64,000 nucleotides of DNA from the human T2T-CHM13v2.0 reference genome, Homo sapiens (GCF_009914755.1 NC_060932.1); one strand, 5' to 3'; positions 23,231 to 38,720 are shown, counted from the stretch's first letter. A program made the numbers and translations. Notes: generated from the letters alone by a model not told the origin.

Positions 23231-25570
23231 AACTTTCCTGTGGTCTTTCCCCTCAGTAGCTGCAGTTGCTGTGTGCTTTCTGCAGGGTGGCGAGTTGTTT
23301 AGTTGTGCATTGGCAAAATGAAATATTGGATTGAAATGTAACCTTTGTAACAGAGTGCTTCATTTTTAAAAATTTACATAGGTTGAGCAAATTTTTTTTG
23401 TGATTTATATTTGGATGTTGAGTATATTTGTATTACAAGGTAGGATTTTGGAAGCCTACAGGTTGGCAGACCTAATTATACTTTATTAATGTTTCTGCAT
23501 GTAGAGCTGTTGAAACAGAGTAGCCACTGGAGCACTTTGGAGGTTTAGTTCAAAACGGCAGAGGGACACCATTGTTGAAATGTTAGGAAAGGTTCTGTTT
23601 GATAATTGTAAATCCCCTAGATTTCTTGGGAGCTAAAGGTTTTAAAGAGCTTTTAATTTCATGATGGACAAATAAAGGAAACTCAGTGGCCAAGTTTGCA
23701 TTCTCTCCTACGGGCCTGTCTCAAAGGACAACAGTTTGCGATAGCTGCTGGCAGTGAGAGTTTGGCGTGAGCGTATATGTTGAAATGAGTCTTGACTCCA
23801 TTAGTGTCACACCTCTGTGGCATAGGATTCCTAAAGCTATGTAGACAATGACATTGTTACTTTGAATGCTTATACTAATAGTAGATGTTACATGCCTTTT
23901 TATAATGCTTTCCAGTTTATAAGGTGCTTTCACATTCATCTTGACTAGTCCTGTAACTTTGCTGTGAGATAGAAAATGTGTGTGCATTTTGCAGAAGAGA
24001 AAACAGATCCAGAGGTACCTGTGACTTCATTGTCCCACAGCTGTGCCTCAGATACAGGTTTGCGCTAAGTCAGTATGTGATACTATATGACCCTGAATAA
24101 GTCCTGAATTATCCACATGTGACTTTCCGGTCTCATATGAGGCAGAACAGCACGGTGTGGACCGGGAACCCTGACGTGGGAGCCGAAAGATGGGGAGGCT
24201 GTGGGCACGGCCCCCGGAGCCCCGGGACTGAGACATGCAGGCACCTCAGACGGGTTTGCTGCCACAATAAGTGGGAAATCTCCACGTGTGGATTGGTTAC
24301 CTGTTTTCAGGAGGCCAGGGAGTGGTATTTACACATACAAGATTAAATATGAGGTCTCATTTCTTTGAAAGATCAAATACTTCAAGTAAATTTCTTTTTA
24401 CCCAGATACTAAAATTATTTATAATGCCTTTTCTCTTTCCAAAAAGCACTCAAGTTGTGCGAACAGAATTCCATACGATGTGATTCACGCAGTGAGAACA
24501 GCAAAAGCAAAGTCAGGGCTGAGCTGGAGGGAGGAAGCGAAGGCAGATGCCCCGGAGCCTCCCCCGTGACCCGCCTCTAATGACCCAGCGCCACCTTCCA
24601 TGGGCTGGGGCGCTCTTTTCCTGCATCCTCTCTCTCTCTGCCCAGCTAAAGAGAAAAAAAGCCACGTTCCTCATATGCTTGAAAGGACTTCATTTCATAA
24701 TCTGGAAATGCCTTTATTAGAAAATTGGTCATGCTATTTAATTCCTGCTAGAACAAGGGGGTGTGGATCAATAGTGTTGGGACCACAGGTCTTTTATTTC
24801 ATGAGGCTTGCTTCTAGCATGGATGCTGTCTTTGTGCTGAGTGGAAAAATGTGACCCCCTGGGGAAAATGCAGCCTCTAAATGAAGCAGGGTCAGCCCCC
24901 ATCCGTTCTGGGCCGGGCACTTCTGTGCAGAGCAAGGATTGCACGGTTATAGATGGTGGCCCTATTAACCCCAGAGCAGGTTAATGTACGTATTTATCTA
25001 GGTTTGTGGTTTACAGCCAATTTAATGTGGAGACATAAAGAAGTTTAATAGCTCAAGGCTGCATGTTCTGTGGATGCTTCTGTGCTGAGAGGGTTCATGA
25101 CTAAACCTGGTGTGTGATACTCCTGTTTTAATGATATACCAGTGTAAATTCCTGGGACCTTTCTGTGTGGTGCAGATCTGTGGGGCTGGAAATAGACCTA
25201 CAGTTACTTTTTGGGAGATTTTTGGCTTTGTCTGAGGATTCATCCTTGGGGGTGTCAGGAGGGTAGATTTCTGTCACATCTTCTGATTCTCCAAACCCCA
25301 CTCTCCACCATCCTGTAACTTTGTGTGTAACTATCGACACAGGGCACACTGCCACAGGTTCCTGTGAGAGGGTCTACGCCAGGTCCTTAGAGAAGGATGG
25401 TTCGGGCAAAGCCTCCCATTGGGAGACTCTGAAATCTCTTCCTAAATTGAGAGAGAGCCCTGTCTTGAAGACGTCTTCTGCAACTCAGCCTGCATCTGTG
25501 TGGATGGTGCTGTGGTGCTGTGGCGTTGCCCTCCCTTGGGAGGAGGCAACATCTGTGAAACCCATCACTG

Positions 25571-25863
<293 letters not shown>

Positions 25864-26034
25864 GAAACCCATCGCTGGAATGAGACTGTTGTCAGAGTCT
25901 CGGTGGCACCTGCCACAGCCGCCACCCACTCCCCTGGAATTCCCGAATCACACGGCTGGTCATGCGTTTGCCTTAGCTTTTGGAAAATGAAACAAATGTG
26001 TGGTCATTTGTTAAATCTCCCCATCTATTCATCT

Positions 26035-26462
26035 CTCTGTCCGTCCGTCAGTTCACCCGTCTGTCCATCTGTCCCAGGGCGTGGTTTCCGTGTGTGTTAA
26101 CCATGAGTCCTCCTCATTGTAGACTCTCCCCACTCTCTTTTTTGTGTCCGTCCATCAGTTCACCCGTCCGTCCATCTGTCCCAGGGCGTGGTTTCCGTGT
26201 GTGTTAACCATGAGTCCTCCTCATTGTACACTCTCCGCACTCTCTTTTTTCTGCCCGTCCGTCAGTTCACCCGTCCGTCCATCTGTCCCAGGGCGTGGTT
26301 TCTGTGTGTGTTAACCATGAGTCCTCCTCATTGTAGACTCTCTGCACTCTCTTTTTTCTGTCTGTCCGTCAGTTCACCCGTCCGTCCATCTGTCCCAGGG
26401 CGTGGTTTCCATCTGTGTTAACCATGAGTCCTCCTCACTGTAGACGCTCCGCACTCTCTTTT
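26035..26462. repeat. 107-bp tandem repeat, 4 copies
   Basis: CAGTTCACCC at 26049, 26156, 26263 and 26370. Confidence 0.95.
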
Positions 26463-26603
26463 CCTATCCACCCCAGTTTTCCCACCCACGTATTTGTAGG
26501 TTACCTTAAATTCTTTCCAGTGTAAGACAAGCTACATATATACATGAAATTGATGACAAAACCCAAGGTTGACACCAATGCTGATGTCACTCATGAAACC
26601 ATC

Positions 26604-26995
26604 GGATTAAGAAAATGTGGCACATATGCACCATGGAATACTATGCAGCCATAAAAAATGATGAGTTCTTGTCCTTTTTAGGGACGTGGATGAAGCTGGA
26701 AACCATCATTCTCAGCAACTATTGCAAGGACAAAAAACCAAACACCACATGTTCTCACTGATAAGTGGGAATTGAACAATGAGAACAGTTGGACACAGGA
26801 AGGGGAACATCACACACCGGGGCCTGTTGAGGGATAGCATTAGGAGAAATACCTAATGTAAATGATGAGTTAATGGGTGCAGCACACCAACATGGCACAT
26901 GTATACATATGTAACAAACCTGCACGTTGTGCACATGTACCCTAGAACTTAAAGTATAATAAAAAAAATTAAAGAAAATAAATTTAAAAAAAAGA
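26604..26995 (+). mobile_element. L1PA (about PA3-PA6) 3' end with A tail
   Basis: GGATTAAGAAAATGTGGCACATA...CATGTACCCTAGAACTTAAAGTATAATAAAAAAAA. Confidence 0.95.
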
Positions 26996-27504
26996 AACTC
27001 AATCCAGGCTTCTCCAGTGTCAATGCAGAGGGGCACCCAAGTCACCCACTTGTTGTGATTTCAAGGCAAATGGCTGATTTGTTGGGCAGTGGAAGTGAAA
27101 ATGTTGATCAAGCAGCCGGATCGTGCATCTTGGTTTGGGAATTTGGTCTGGAAGCCTGGAGTTGAGCTCCTAGAGAGCTGCGTTGAGACCAAGATGATCC
27201 TGGCACTGATGCCCGGGAGGGCACACCCAGGGCTCAGCCTCTTGTGGGGACAGCCTGGGCCATAGCCTTCCTCAGGACTGGAAGGGCCTCCTCTCTAGGG
27301 TTTGCCCCTTCCTGGGAAGAGAAGAAGGTGTGAGAGGCAGGAAGCTTGTGGAGCCACTGCTTTTTCATAGCTTGTCCTGCTTCAAAGTAAAACACCAGTG
27401 AAGCACATACATTTTCAGGAGTGAAGGGCCGGGGATAGTAAAGCGACTGTTGAGTCACCCCTTTTGCCTATTTTACCCACTAAGGTTTGGACATCAGTAT
27501 TGTT

Positions 27505-28181
<677 letters not shown>

Positions 28182-29229
28182 TCCAGAGTATTCTTTTGTG
28201 AGGTAAAGTTGATCAAAATGAATAAATACAAGCTGGATGACAATGAGACTGCCTCATGACTTTCTGAGATATGTAATGATTAATTTGTAGAGTGCAGAGA
28301 CAAATTATTTGGTAGGTTGCATGTCTAGGGCTGTGGATGATGTGAGCAGCTGAAGATATTCAGCCCTGCAATTTGGGAGCTACGGGTGTAAAATCTAAGT
28401 GAATTTACCTAAGTTTTGTGCCTTCCCCAGCTCTGGAATCTCAACCTCGTCTGAATTCCGAAGGCATTCTTTCTGGTCTGTGTGGGTCTGTGTGCAGGAG
28501 ACTGGGGCATGGAAATGTGTGTTTGTGCATGCACTTACTGGAAATTCAAAACATTTTAGATTTAAGCCTCCTGTTTTAAAATATGCCTCTGTTATTTGGT
28601 TTCAGCCAGTCAAGGCCCCTTAAAATGGTGAGTGTTGGTAATTTGTTTTTAAGCCATTCGTAGAATTAGGGTTTACCAGTCGTCTGACAACCTGTGTCGC
28701 TTAGATGGGCTTTTATAACCATGCACGTTTAGTTCTAGACTGTTTTCTGATTGTGTAGACTGGGTACAGTGTGATTCTTAGTGAAAGACAGTGAGACAGG
28801 CACGGCTGTGTCTGTGCCACGCTGTGTCTGTGCCCCGCTGTGTCTGCATCGATCCTGAACAGGTGTACTTGGTGTTCACCGCAGTCTTCTGTGTTGTTGT
28901 CTTTGTGAACAAGACTGTGGTGATACCTTGTGGATAAAATACGAGTTGCTGTGGATTTGTTTCTGGGAAGACAATTGTGTTAACCCACCCTGTTATTCAA
29001 CTTAAGTTCTTAACTAAGATAATGTTGTTCCATCCTTTTCTTTTATAGCTTTTTAGACATAGAGGCACGTAGACATATACGGGTAAGACAAACTAGCTTG
29101 AATTGAAGACAAACTGATATAGTTATGAGCTATTGGAGACATCAAAGCATATTTTTTGAGTTATTGGAAAGATCTAAACATTATTTTTTAAACATTCAAA
29201 TCTGAAGACTGAGCTTTCAGTGCTGTAGG

Positions 29230-29408
29230 GTTTTTTGTTGTTGTTGTTGTTTGTTTATTTTGAAACAGGGTCTCACTGTGTTGCCCAGGCTGGAGTGCAG
29301 TGGTGCGATCAGAACTCACTGCAGCCTCAAGTTCCTGGGCTCAAGTGATCCTCCCTTCTTGGCCTCCCAAAGTGCATGGATTATAAGCATCAGCTACTGT
29401 GTCTGGCC
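29230..29408 (-). mobile_element. Free Alu monomer (FRAM/FAM-like) with (GTT)n tail
   Basis: Single antisense monomer GAAACAGGGTCTCAC...GTGTCTGGCC. Confidence 0.8.
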
Positions 29409-30236
29409 AAAAAGCTTTGCTCTATTTTGAGAGTAAAAAGTACTTGGCATCTAAAAATACATTATTATTTGACCCGAAATGGAAAGACTTGACATTGTAA
29501 TTGAAACTGGTTTAATGTATTAGGAAGGAGTTGTGCACATAATATGGTAGGACTGGTAGGAAGGAAAAACAGCCGTCCTGTCCTAGGTGCCCTCATGGTG
29601 CTGGGGTAGCTGAGACAGAGCTGCCGACATCAGGCCGCGACGGGCAGGATGCTTGTGCTTTCTGATGTTCTCAGTCTTTCTTGTTTGCCTAAAGTACTAG
29701 GTTTTGGGCAGCGTGAGTGGGGAAGGGAAGCTGGTGGAGTCTGTGAGTCCCCCCTGCTGATGAGCTCCCCCACTGCTGATGAGCTCCAAGGAAAGGCAAG
29801 TCCTGCTGGGCAGTGTTCATTTGCTGCCACCATCCACCCAGTTAACATCAGGTTGGCCTTGAGAATAGAGTCCACTGTTCACACTGGGGTCCTGAGAATA
29901 GGAGAGGCTGCGCCAGTACAGGATGGGGCCCCGGTGTGCCCGGGATCCGTCCGGCCGAGAAGCAGCAAGTCCCTGGAGGAAACTGCACCAGGGAAGATGG
30001 TCAGAAAGACCAGCCTGCATGGGGTGTGAGCTGCTGGGCCGTGCTCGCCACCACCCGCCTCTCTTTCCTCTGCAGGACACAGAAGGCTCTGCCATGTGGC
30101 TGTGCTCTCTGTGGTGTCTGGAATATTTTCTTCCATTTCCTCACTACTGAAATCTTTCCCTTTACTAAGAAATGCCTTTAAAATGGAAATGTCTTTGAAA
30201 CCTGGGTAGCAGTTTTAATAACTCCCTTCCACCCCA

Positions 30237-30748
30237 TGTCTATAACTAGCATTGGGGTCCCCAGGAGCACCCCCACTCAGCGATTCACTGGGAGGACTCC
30301 TGGAGCTCATGCCCAGCAGGATGGCCATGATTTGTTACAGAGAAAGCACGCGGAGCATGGTCAGCAGAGCGAGAAGGTGGAGGAGAGAGGTCCAGGGAAA
30401 CCAGGTGGAAGCTTCCAGAGCTGCTCCCCACAGAGTCCCAGGAGGGGACACACATCAGGCTGTGACCACGCATGTCATCCAACAGGAAGCTTGTGAGAGA
30501 CATGGTGCCCAGGGTCGTGCTGGGCTCTGCCCACAGAGGCACCCCTGCCTGGCACTTACCCAAATTCTGGGCTCCCAGCAGGACAGCAGGTGTGTGGTAT
30601 AAACCATATGTTTGCACAGTTTAGGCACAGGAAGCCCCTGTTATCAGGGAATAGCCCCCAAATCCACATTCCCAGGTTCAAGGACTGTAGAAGCTTCCCT
30701 TTCTAGGGAGCAGAGTTTCAGGCCTGCTTTGTGAATCCTGGGTGCATA
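30237..30748 (-). mobile_element. ERVL LTR (MER77/MER21 family)
   Basis: GGGGTCCCCAGGAGCACCCCC, GGAAACCAGG..AAGCTTCCAGAG, AGTTTAGGCACAG, TCAGGCCTGCT. Confidence 0.7.
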
Positions 30749-30777
30749 ATAACAATAAGCAAATCTAAAAACAATTC

Positions 30778-31118
30778 AGCAGGCACAGTGGCTGATGCCT
30801 GTAATCCCAGCACTTTGGCAGGCAGAGGTGAGTGGATTGCTTGAGCTCAGGAGTTTGAGACCAGCCTGGGCAACATGGTGAGACCCCATCTCTACTAAAA
30901 ACAATTAGCCAGGTGTGGTGGTGCCCGCCTGTAGTCCTAGCTACTCAGGAGGCTGAGGTACAAGGAGTGCTTTAGCCCAGGAGGCAGAGGCTGCAGTGAA
31001 CCATGATCGTGCTTGGGCAATCTGCCCAGCCTGGGCGACAGAGCGGGACTGCACACCAGCCTGGGTGACAGAGCGGAACCCTGTCTCAAAAGATATAAAA
31101 AAAAATAAATAAAAATAA
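30778..31118 (+). mobile_element. Alu (AluJ-like) with internal 3' duplication
   Basis: Dimer in which CCAGCCTGGG(C/T)GACAGAGCGG occurs twice. Confidence 0.9.
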
Positions 31119-31590
31119 TTGCAAAAATGATTTTCAGATACACTTTGCCCGAAAAACTCTGTGAGGATGAGGGCCGGGTTTACTGTGTGCTTGCTTCATG
31201 CTGAGCACTTGGCAGGATGAGCTGAATCCTGGTCCTCACCCCACTTTCCCTCGTTTTTGTTACTGCCTATCATTCATTCCCCGGGTGCTCTTGGAAACCT
31301 TCCACCTGCAGCTCCATCTTCCACATCACAGGTTTACCTAAGTGTACATTTCACTCTTTGTAACTTCGCAACTTGATGCAGATTTAATCCTTGCCTTGTC
31401 TTCCTTCTTTAACTCACCATCTCCATCTCCTTCTGCGAGATTTCATCTCAGGCCCTTTTCTTCCTTTTTTGTTTATAGTCCTAGGAATCTTTTTTATAAC
31501 TTTTTTTCCCAAGACTAGATGGCTCTTTAGACTTGTTTCCCCTGATTTCCGTGGCGCACACTTTCCTGGGCTCAGGGTTTAAATGTTGGT

Positions 31591-31806
31591 CAGACCCGTC
31601 CTCCCTGTTGCAGTGTTGAGTGTGGATGCGTGTCTATGGCCATTTCTGTGTCCACGTGTCCACAGACCCGACCTCCCTGTTGCAGTGTTGAGTGGGGATG
31701 TGCGTCTATGGCCATTTCTGTGTCCACGTGTCCACAGACCCGACCTCCCTATTGCAGTGTTGAGTGTGGATGCACGTCTATGAGCATTTCTGTGGCCACG
31801 TGGCCA
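31591..31806. repeat. 72-bp tandem repeat, 3 copies
   Basis: CAGACCCG at 31591, 31663 and 31735. Confidence 0.95.
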
Positions 31807-33425
31807 CGTGCTTTCACATGACCCATGCATCCCGGAACGGGAGGAGACCTCCCTTTCACTGGCATTTCCCATAGACAGTGTGTGGGATTGTCCTGGTCCC
31901 GTGTCCCTTCTGCCTGGAGGACCCTGGAAACTCCTCCGCTGGCAGCGCAGCTGTTACAGATGCTGTTCTGTACCTGTCACGGCTACTGCCACCCAGCCAT
32001 CCTCCACCCAGGTGGCTGCGCTGCTCAGAGCAGGCTTCCCACTGCCAGTCCTGTCGGGCCGCCTCCCATTGAGCCACTGGCCACGTCCTGGCTCTTCTGC
32101 TCTTGGTCTTGGCCAGCCAAGGGAGCCGGGCCAGGGTCCTCACCCACCGCTGGTCTCTGCTCTCCTCTGAGAACGTGCATCTTCCAGTGGACGGCGAGAC
32201 GTTCGGGCAGAAGAACTGGACAGCTGCTTCTGGGGTGATGTCAGCCTTATCCTATGGGTGGGAGCCGGCTGCAGGCTGCATTTCTGAAACGGCAAATATC
32301 TGGGTGGGACACAGGTGTGTGGCATGCTGGCCCGGGTGTGGCACAGCTGGGCAGGTGCCGTGTGCGCAGTTGGCGCCACTTTCATGGGAGAAACGGCTCC
32401 TTGTTTCTTGCAGCAAATGACGATCTGTCCTTGTTTTCAGAGGCGCCGAGTTTTTGGTGTTTTCATGGAAGTTGGTGGAGGCTGTGTAAGGGTGTGAGCC
32501 AGATAATACTTTAAGCTGGAAGTGGAAGCCTTCTCTCTTCTCTAACCCATTAACCGTATCTCTATGGGATGAGTCCTGCTCACTTTATTCTGAGAGAGAG
32601 AGGTGCTAATTGCGGTAAAGGGACAGCGGACCCCTCCGGAGGGAAAATGAATCCCTGAGGTTATTCAAGTCATGCCGAATTTCTTATTTCGAGATGGAAG
32701 ACAGTTTTAATATTTGCCCCCAAAATTTAAAAGTAATTCCAGGAAGGCATTTTATTGAAAAGAAGACTCTGCACTAAAGGGGAAAGGTTTTTAAAACTAT
32801 GACTTACTTCATCTTTGATGAAAACTGTTGTTTGTTGGGTTTAAAATAAATTAAAATTATTTCTAAGCAGCACCTTATTCTGGGATGGTTTTGTGGGAGT
32901 GTGCATTGTGTTCTGAGAAGCTTTGATTATTTGCAACCATGAACCATATCTAATAGAAATAGTTTTACTATGTATTTTAATACCCTCCCTTTAAACAGAA
33001 GTGTCAGATAAAGACAGTGATTGATCTTTCCAGCAAAGCTTTGCTTATTTAGCAGTGGCAGTTTCATTGCTAAACAGGTATTCAGGTGGCACATAAATCA
33101 AATTGGAGAGACTTGATTTATGGCCACTGTTCTCTCAGGTGTGAGTTGGGGTTAATGTGCAGGCATCTTAAGCACTGATGCACAAATAATGAAAGAAAAT
33201 AAAATGTTTCTTGAGGGGAAATGAGACCAGGAGTTTTGGAATATAGAGGGAGGTGCCCAGGGCTGGGAATTGCAAGCCCTGGGCTCTGATGGATGCTTGT
33301 TACCATGGAGTGCATTACTCTGTATCACACTCGGGTGTGTGTTGATTTTGCTACCATGTTAAAAGCTATGTCAAACCCCGGGTGGGTGTTCCCTGACTGC
33401 AGCAAGTTACTACGGAACAAGTTAC

Positions 33426-33623
33426 TAGGTAGCAAACCACAGGTTATCCGGGCTGTGTCATAATGTCTGTGAATGAGACGGGTGGTCTGTGTCAGTCTTG
33501 GCGGACAGGCTTTCTCTCCTGTGTTAGGTAGCAAACCACAGGTTATCTGGGCTGTGTCATAATGTCTGTAAATGAGACGGCTGGTCTGTGTCAGTCTTGG
33601 CAGATAAGCTTTCTCTCCTGTGT
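33426..33623. repeat. 99-bp tandem duplication
   Basis: TAGGTAGCAAACCACAGGTTATC at 33426 and 33525. Confidence 0.95.
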
Positions 33624-34757
33624 CACGTCCCATGACAGTGTCTTTCCCTAGGAATGCGTGGAGGAAGACTCTGAGGGGCCACTGCCTTGATGGATTGTGA
33701 TGCCCACGAGGGCATGGGTGTGAGTGCTGATGCCGCTCTGACCCTCCATTTTAATTACCTTCCGCCCAGGAGCTGGAGATGCCAATATGCTTAACCCTGC
33801 ATTCAGAATGAAAAAGCTACAGTTCCTGAAGTTGACATAACTAGTTAGGATATTCGCTAAGAAGGAAACAGGGGGTGACGTTTAAGTGTATCTTTTTAAG
33901 GGTATGGCGTAGAATTCCTTGGGAATCAGGATTGCATTTTACCAGTTTAGAGACCCCTCTGAGCTTGGTGCATAGGGGACAGTCAGTGGAAGCGTTTAAT
34001 TTGAACTGAATTGAACCTGTGCTTGTATCAGATGTCAGGGGTCTGTTCCTGGAGAAATAATGTAGGAGGAAAGCGTAACTAATTAAGGGAAAATGTCTCA
34101 GACGCTGGCTTTTAAAATAATTAAACAATCAAAGACTGCCAAAGGTCTAAAGTTTATGAGATGCACACTCAAGTAATTTAGCTGCTGTGTGGCAGGCAGA
34201 AATGGCCTGTGAGTGATTTCAGGGTCAGCTCAAACAGAAATTATCTTCTGAAGAGAGGGATCCAGCTTAATGTTCTTAAGTTAAATCAATGATGCTGTTA
34301 ACATTGCTTTGAATTCCGTAGTTACTGATGAATGTCACATGACAGCATCCATTGCGTATTGATGGCTGTAGATAGGAGCCTATAAACATGAGAAGTGCAC
34401 GTTTGGAGGGAGCTTCATGGAAAGATGTCTCTGGTTTTCAGTTTCTAGTCCATTTTAGGGTCTCCACTTGGGAGCAACACCAGCTACGTCCCTCACAGCC
34501 ACTGCTGATTATGTCTTGAAGGAGGTGACGTTAATTCAGTCAATCCCAGAGATACTGGCCCTTCCTAGGTGATGTGGGTAGAAGACAGTGAGGCCATCTC
34601 TGTCCTCCGGCTCACGTTTTTGGAGGCGAGAGGGCAGTACCGACAGCAGGTTAGCAGATGTTGGGGCCAGATCCTCTCGGAGCCCTGGGCTTGGACGTTG
34701 GGTGGGGTGGATGGGGAGGGACAATGTTGTGGGGTCCTGTTGTGTGGTGACTGTTAG

Positions 34758-35188
<431 letters not shown>

Positions 35189-35234
35189 AATCCAGGTTAT
35201 TCTTACTAAATCCAGACGTTGTGAAGGCCTGCTT

Positions 35235-35420
35235 GCTATTAATATATTGATGATTATGTTGATAATGGTGAAAGTGTAGGCACGTGTGGGTGATTGCTTG
35301 CTATTGGTGTATTGATAGTTGATAATGGTGAAGATGTATTGATAATTATGTTGATAATGGTTAAAGTGTATTGATAATTATGTTGATAATGGTGAAAGTG
35401 TAGGTGCGCGTGGGTGATGG
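35235..35420. repeat. Degenerate AT-rich tandem repeat (TTGATAATTATGTTGATAATGGTGAAAGTGTA)
   Basis: GTTGATAATGGT recurs four times. Confidence 0.8.
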
Positions 35421-35444
35421 CCACTTGGAGTGTTTTGGGTATGA

Positions 35445-35680
<236 letters not shown>

Positions 35681-35898
35681 TGTTTCATATACATATATGA
35701 AATGTGAATGGTTGTCTCTGGGCTGAAGTTACCTCACGGAAGGATGGTGTTCTGTGTGGAGGCTGGACAGGGCTGGATTTGTGGTGGTCCAGGAATCCAT
35801 GACTTGGGGGGCAGCCTTGTGGATGGGTGCGGAGAGAGTGTATTAGCACAGCTTGGATGTCCACATTGTGGACGGAGTAACCCTGTGGGCTTTGCAGG

Positions 35899-36170
35899 TG
35901 TATTAGGGCCCTCCAGAGAAGTGGAAGTCGTTGGATATATGTGGGTGTATTTGTTTACACATATGTAGACCCCATGCTTATATATATAAATCTCATCATG
36001 TATATCTGTGTGAATAGAAGGAGATTTGTTAAAAGGAATTGGCTCATGTGGTTATGAGGCTGACGAGTCTGAGATCTGCTCAGCCAGCTGAAGGCCCAGG
36101 AAGAGCCCATGTGTCCATTCTAGCATGAAGGCAGGAAAAAATGTGGTGTTCCAGTTCAAAGGCAGGCAGG
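35899..36170 (-). mobile_element. MLT2-like ERVL LTR fragment
   Basis: TGTATTAGGG..CTCCAGAGAA, a TA-rich stretch, GAGATTTGTTAAAAGGAATTGGCTCATGTG. Confidence 0.7.
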
Positions 36171-36343
36171 GGCGTTGCATAATAAAATGTATTTTAATTA
36201 ATTAATTCAGGGTTTTCCCGCCCTACTGAATGGGGTTGCGCTCACAGGAGGAGCGGATATGTCATGGAGAATGAACACATCACACTGCCATTACTCAGTG
36301 AGTAACTCACTTGGGCTCCGGGCCGCTCGGGGGCACAGAGCAG

Positions 36344-36800
36344 GTCTTAGCCATGCTGTCAATTTTCCGTGTTCTGACGCTTTCATGTCTGGGCCTCGCT
36401 GACTTGGGAGGGATGGCTTTTCCTGGGCTGGCCGGTTCCTGGGGACAGTGAGCGGCTCGCCTGTGGTCGTGCCTGTACATGAAGCCGACTTCCAGAGCCC
36501 ACGCCCACCACTCCCTCCGTGGGCTCTCATGCTCCTGACTGCTGACAGCCCAGAGCCCTGGGACCATTCAGCCTGGCCAGGCCTAAGCCTGCTGGCCCTG
36601 CTTTCCCGTTCTTCCTTCCCAGATCCCAGTGAGGGCTCCCCGTGTTGGCCACCCCCCTCACACCTCCTGGCCTTCCCAGTGCACCTGTGTGGCCCTGGCC
36701 CTGTGGCAGGCCCTGCCTCCAGGTCGGGGGTCTGTGTGTTTCCACTGCTCCATCCACGATGGTAATTTCTGTCTCTGTGTCTCACCGCACCTGAGTAAAC
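36344..36800 (+). mobile_element. MER74-like ERVL LTR
   Basis: AATTTTCCGTGTTCTGACGCTTT, TCCAGAGCCCAC, GGGCTCTCA and CCTAAGCCTGCT in the order of recalled MER74. Confidence 0.65.
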
Positions 36801-38469
36801 AGATCCCAGGAACCCTGAAAACAAGCAGAATCTGTGCCCATTGCTCTCCTGGCTCCTGGAGGGCACAGTGGGCTCTGCTCCTGCTGGGAGGAGAGCGGCA
36901 GGTTTCACCGGGTGGCACAGGGAGCTGCTCTCTGGAACCGCCTGGGCGGCCGTGGCCAGGGCATGAGCTGAAGGGGGTGTGCGGCAGCCGTGGGTGGCCG
37001 CCGAGGGGCTGGCAGCAGCTGAGCCATGTGGAGCTAAACTGAGTGAGCCAGGAGGAAGGATGAGGGTGCTGGCACACAGAGCTGGCCGCACCCACAGGAG
37101 CCGTCACACAGCGGAGCTGCCCTCCTCCGGCAAGGACGGCTGCAGTTGTGTAATAATCCTGGTGGGGCTCACAGCACTGCGTGGCAGGAGCGGAGCGAGC
37201 CTCGTAGGCGTTCCAGGTGTTCCCTGAGCCGGATTAAATGCCTCTGCGCTGTGGGGGTGGGGACAGCGTGGGGGGAAGCCAGGAAAAGCCGGGGCCAGAG
37301 GACCCCCCGCCGAGAAAGAGAAAGAGCTCAGAGCCGGGGACTGGAGGCCTGGAGGAGCCGATGTGGGAGAGATCCTCGTGGGAGGGCCCCAGTGGCCGGG
37401 ATGGTAAAAGACTTCGGAGCAAACTAATCGATTGTAATTACATGAAGGTGAAGCTGGTGATGATGTGTCAGATGGGGAGTGTTCAGGAAAACTCCTACAA
37501 AGGTAAGAACGCTGTTTATAGAACATGATCCATTATGGGGGATTCATGTTGATGGAGGACAGTGATGAGCCTATGGGGATTTTCTTGAAGCTTCTGTGGC
37601 GACTGTTTTCTTACTTGAACATGTTGATTCAATGACTAAAAATGACCGTGACTGTAGCACTTTGTGGGGGTGTGTTTAAAACGTTCTGGTCCCCAAGGCT
37701 CTTGGGTCTACCTGAGCATACGCGGCACACACCAACGGTCTCAGGGTGGAATTGTTCACGTCAGGAATGTGCTTTGAGCAGGTGGCTGATTTTGAGGTCC
37801 TTAAAGTTCAAAGTCCTCCGCGTGTGTCCCTCACCCAGAGAGGGCACTTAACGCCTCCGAGCCTCAGTGTCCTCATAGATCAGACATAATCGTAACAATT
37901 CTGTTCTTAACAGGAGAATCGTGGGGCCCAGCACCGTGGGGTAGGGTATGGGGTTGTTGTCGGCTGTCATACAAACGTGTCAAGCCAGACACACCAGGGA
38001 GGGACAGAGGTCTTGGGATGTATGGAGCAGGAAGGAGATTTGGAGTATGGGGTTAGAGTTGGGAATTACTGTTCTTGGTCGTTCCTGGAGATTATAGTTA
38101 GAAATTTCTCAAGAAGTATATAATGAGAAAAAAAGGGCAGAGTTCAGAGAGCTAAATTGCAAAAAACAAACAAAAAAACCCCACAAAGGACCAGCACACA
38201 GATGCACAAGTTCCCCTGAAGGGGCAGAGCAGTGCCAGGCCCATCAGATGCCATGGGACACACTTGAATTCCATAGCAGAGCAGAGGGAAGCACGTGTGT
38301 GCAGTAGAAGGGATGCCGGCCAGCCATGGGGTCCCGGGAGAACGGGACCAGAGTTCCCTGCCCAGGGCTGAGGGTCTCATGGTCTTTGTGGCAGGTCCTG
38401 TGACTGGGGAGGGCGCCAGCCTGAAGCCACCTCCTAGGAGAATTTCTGGTCATGTCATAGACACGGATG

Positions 38470-38720
38470 TACTGAGGCTGAGTTCATATTCAGTAGGCCT
38501 CATGGACGCAGATTTACGAGATTTTCCTGGACATGATTCCCTGAGGTCGAGTTTGCGTTCACTAGGTGTCCTGGACACGGTTTACCGAGGTTGAGTGTGT
38601 GTTCACTAGGCATCCTGGACAGGGATTACGGAGGTCGAGTTTGCGTTCACTAGGTGTCCTGGTCGGGGATTTACGGAGGTCGAGAATGTGTTCAGTAGGT
38701 GTCCTGGACGTGGATTTACT
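38470..38720. repeat. Tandem repeat of about 44 bp, 4-5 copies
   Basis: GAGGT(C/T)GAG at 38543, 38587, 38631 and 38676. Confidence 0.9.

Noticed and set aside
37238-37528. ORF with NLS-like PPPRKRKS and a strong donor AAG|GTAAGA at 37502
   Set aside because: No convincing acceptor or promoter and no recognisable protein similarity; does not match the DLGAP2 sequence I recall.
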